Assembly (NCBI GenBank): GCA_001773295.1
Contig: MEWG01000047.1
Location: 1-32,212 of the forward strand
DNA: 32,212 nt
Source: a candidate division WWE3 bacterium RIFOXYD1_FULL_39_9
GTDB lineage: Bacteria > Patescibacteriota > WWE3 > UBA101185 > UBA10185
Direction of reading: 5' to 3'
Shown: one piece after another, positions 30,670 to 32,212 of the stretch
Layout of the letters: every line of letters starts with the position of its first letter
Position numbering within the stretch: position 1 is the stretch's first letter
Translations under genes and position numbers: made by a program
The notes under the pieces: model-generated
What the model saw: the letters and a program-made list of their open reading frames with translations, nothing else
The model's database searches: none
Told to the model about the DNA's origin: nothing

Positions 30670-31643
30670 TGTTCTCTCGTTTCTATGAAATTATTACAAC
30701 TTTCCTCAAGGAAAAATAATATTTGATCTTCAACACTTCTTCTTTCTGCTTGCGCTATTACCTTTATATCTTCTGCTAAACCATGATCTTTTTCAAAAGA
30801 TAGAATAATAAATTCTTTTTTATTTAATTTAGATATCTCTTCTTGTTTTTGTGTTTTATTTTCTTGTATTTGCTTTGGTTTATTTCTTTGCTTACCCCAA
30901 CAATTAGCGCAAACTTTAACTTTTCTATTAGTTGGAATCATAGCTCCGCATTTACATCTTCGCGGAGGAACAACTCCTTCAATTGCTTCTATATCTTTTT
31001 CTTTTTCTGGCAGATAAGTAATAATTCCTTGTGGTGCTGGGCAACCTTCTACTTTTAGCGCCGTTATACTTTGATTGTCTTCCATATATTTTTTGCCTCT
31101 TTTTACAATCATAATACAGGCTTGAGCATATATTTGACTAATTCTGGATTCTGTAACTCCAAGCTCAAAACCAAGTTCTTTCATTGTTTTTTCTTCGCTT
31201 ACAATACTTTTAACAATATATCTTTTTCTTTCTGAAAAAGTATCTATCAAATTAGATAGTATTTTTGAATGTTGTTTTGAACAATATGATTCTTCTGTAT
31301 TTATTTTAGATTTGACAGAAAGACAATTTTCAATTGGAACATGTGTTGGGTTATCTTCGCCATTAATTTTTATTTTGATTCGATGATTTCTGGATAAATA
31401 ATCATTGTCTCTTAAGAAGTTTAAAATCTCAAAATTAACTTTATGGAAAAGATATGATTTAATATTCATCCCTTTTGATGGATCAAAACTATCTACAGCT
31501 TTTATTAAACCTTCATATGCAGTGCTTTTAATTTCATCGCGTAGATTATATATGCCAGTTTTCTTAACAAACAAATAAGCGATTTTATCTGCATACTTGA
31601 TATGGCTTTCTATGGTCTGCTCTCTGTTAGGTGAACTGTACAT
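30633..31643 (-). CDS. Sigma-70-family factor (group 3/FliA-SigF-like) with C-terminal zinc-ribbon and RHH-like extension
   Basis: 336 aa. Region 2 is AYEGLIKAVDSFDPSKGMNIKSYLFHKVNFEI. Region 4 HTH is TMKELGFELGVTESRISQIYAQA. These are followed by CKCGAM...CANC and then FIILSFEKDHGLAEDIKVIAQAERRSVEDQILFFLEE (strand-helix-helix pattern). Confidence 0.75.
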   Translation of the reverse strand: MYSSPNREQTIESHIKYADKIAYLFVKKTGIYNLRDEIKSTAYEGLIKAVDSFDPSKGMNIKSYLFHKVNFEILNFLRDNDYLSRNHRIKIKINGEDNPTHVPIENCLSVKSKINTEESYCSKQHSKILSNLIDTFSERKRYIVKSIVSEEKTMKELGFELGVTESRISQIYAQACIMIVKRGKKYMEDNQSITALKVEGCPAPQGIITYLPEKEKDIEAIEGVVPPRRCKCGAMIPTNRKVKVCANCWGKQRNKPKQIQENKTQKQEEISKLNKKEFIILSFEKDHGLAEDIKVIAQAERRSVEDQILFFLEESCNNFIETREQWNKYALSRSKV

Positions 31644-31654
31644 TGTAGATTATA
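31644..31654 (-). promoter_or_regulatory. Perfect -10 box 5 nt upstream of the sigma gene ATG (candidate leaderless start)
   Basis: Minus strand reads TATAAT CTACA ATG, with no SD. The T-rich upstream box of the five-copy motif is absent here. Confidence 0.35.
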
Positions 31655-31685
31655 TTTTCGCCTCTGAAATCGCTTTTCTCTAACT

Positions 31686-31707
31686 AACCCATAGTCAGCT
31701 ATGGGTT
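31686..31707 (-). terminator. 9-bp perfect hairpin between the 56-aa ORF and the sigma gene
   Basis: AACCCATAG-TCAG-CTATGGGTT. There is no clear U-tract, so assignment as a terminator is weak. Confidence 0.3.
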
Positions 31708-31747
31708 GATACTAAATCAGAGCATAATCGGCTTTAAATATGTTCTC

Positions 31748-31918
31748 TTAATCATAGACACTATAAATATTCCCAAGATCGTCCACGTCCGTTATATCAA
31801 TGTTTGTTATTTTACCATTACAGACTGCCGAATATACCGAAAGAAAAAGAGTTCCTTTAAAATATCTCCAATCTACCCAAGCGCCATAAGTTTCATTTTT
31901 CGTATCCTCCATTCTCAT
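31748..31918 (-). CDS. Small hypothetical protein (56 aa)
   Basis: Hand-translated MRMEDTKNETYGAWVDWRYFKGTLFLSVYSAVCNGKITNIDITDVDDLGNIYSVYD. AAGGAAAC lies directly before the ATG, which is 19 nt downstream of motif copy 5. Preferred over the antisense plus-strand ORF 31706..31957. Confidence 0.45.
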   Translation of the reverse strand: MRMEDTKNETYGAWVDWRYFKGTLFLSVYSAVCNGKITNIDITDVDDLGNIYSVYD

Positions 31919-31937
31919 GTTTCCTTATTGTTATTTC

Positions 31938-31968
31938 ATTATAATAAACAAAGCTGAAAAAATAAAAC
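31938..31968 (-). promoter_or_regulatory. Conserved promoter-like motif, copy 5
   Basis: Minus strand reads GTTTTATTTTTTCAGCTTTGTTTATTATAAT. It abuts the stop codon of the upstream partial gene. Confidence 0.5.
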
Positions 31969-32210
31969 TATTCGTTGTACTTCAAATATTCAACGTACTT
32001 TTTAAATGGCGCAGAGTCTCTTCCTATTCTATCTGGATCAGCATTGGACCAATTATAAGAAAGCCAATCTGCATATTCTAATATGAATTTGCGGGCAGAT
32101 ATAATATCCATTTTTAAAGCTTCTTCATCTTTGTCGTTTATCTTTCTATTGTTTTTATATTCTATGATACTTCTAATTCCATATTCTAATTTACCAAGAG
32201 AAAATGGTTT
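31968..32210 (-). CDS. 3' end of a minus-strand gene entering from beyond the window (partial, 80 codons)
   Basis: An open frame runs from the window edge: ...KPFSLGKLEYGIRSIIEYKNNRKINDKDEEALKMDIISARKFILEYADWLSYNWSNADPDRIGRDSAPFKKYVEYLKYNE, with TAG at 31968-31970. Confidence 0.45.
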   Translation of the reverse strand, partial: KPFSLGKLEYGIRSIIEYKNNRKINDKDEEALKMDIISARKFILEYADWLSYNWSNADPDRIGRDSAPFKKYVEYLKYNE

Positions 32211-32212
32211 GC

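Noticed and set aside
31706-31957. An 83-aa plus-strand ORF.
   Set aside because: It overlaps promoter motif copy 5 and lies antisense to a 56-aa minus-strand ORF that has an RBS and the expected spacing from that promoter.
1-32212. A search by eye for CRISPR arrays, reverse transcriptase/DGR or retron components, integrase, transposase or terminal inverted repeats.
   Set aside because: No spaced direct-repeat array, no YxDD-type RT ORF and no recombinase or transposase motifs were found. The only mobile elements supported are the two inteins, the nested endonuclease, the HNH gene and possibly the GC island.

Overview
AT-rich window in which every convincing gene is on the minus strand, many joined by 4-nt ATGA start/stop overlaps. 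It reads as the replication, recombination and nucleotide-metabolism module of a large dsDNA phage or prophage. Recognisable products are a DnaE-type Pol III alpha with a C-terminal family-4 UDG domain, a DnaX clamp loader, a beta-clamp-like protein, a DnaB-family helicase, a FEN/5'-3' exonuclease, a RecA-like recombinase, a gp32-like SSB and SbcD with a split SbcC/Rad50. Also present are an endonuclease VII-like protein, dCMP deaminase, a thymidylate-synthase-family enzyme, a sigma-70-family factor, an endolysin, an HNH endonuclease and one tRNA-Ile(UAU). Two inteins are present, in the ThyA-like gene and in dnaX. The strongest candidate for something new is in the dnaX intein. A complete DUF559/Vsr-like endonuclease gene with its own RBS sits in the +1 frame exactly where an intein homing-endonuclease domain normally lies, and the intein frame stays open across all ~740 nt. 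Other leads: (1) a ~1-kb GC-rich island with a compact C5-methyltransferase-like ORF lacking a SAM motif, a ~300-nt structured leader and a 20-bp perfect palindrome, apparently inserted between a conserved phage promoter and its gene. (2) A 30-nt promoter-like motif present five times. (3) An IbrB/IbrA-like ParB plus PAPS-reductase pair translationally coupled to DnaE-UDG, plus a second PAPS-reductase paralog and a radical SAM gene inside the replisome operon, suggesting DNA modification. (4) Rad50/SbcC split at its zinc hook. All functional calls come from motifs read by eye in the supplied translations; no database search was possible.
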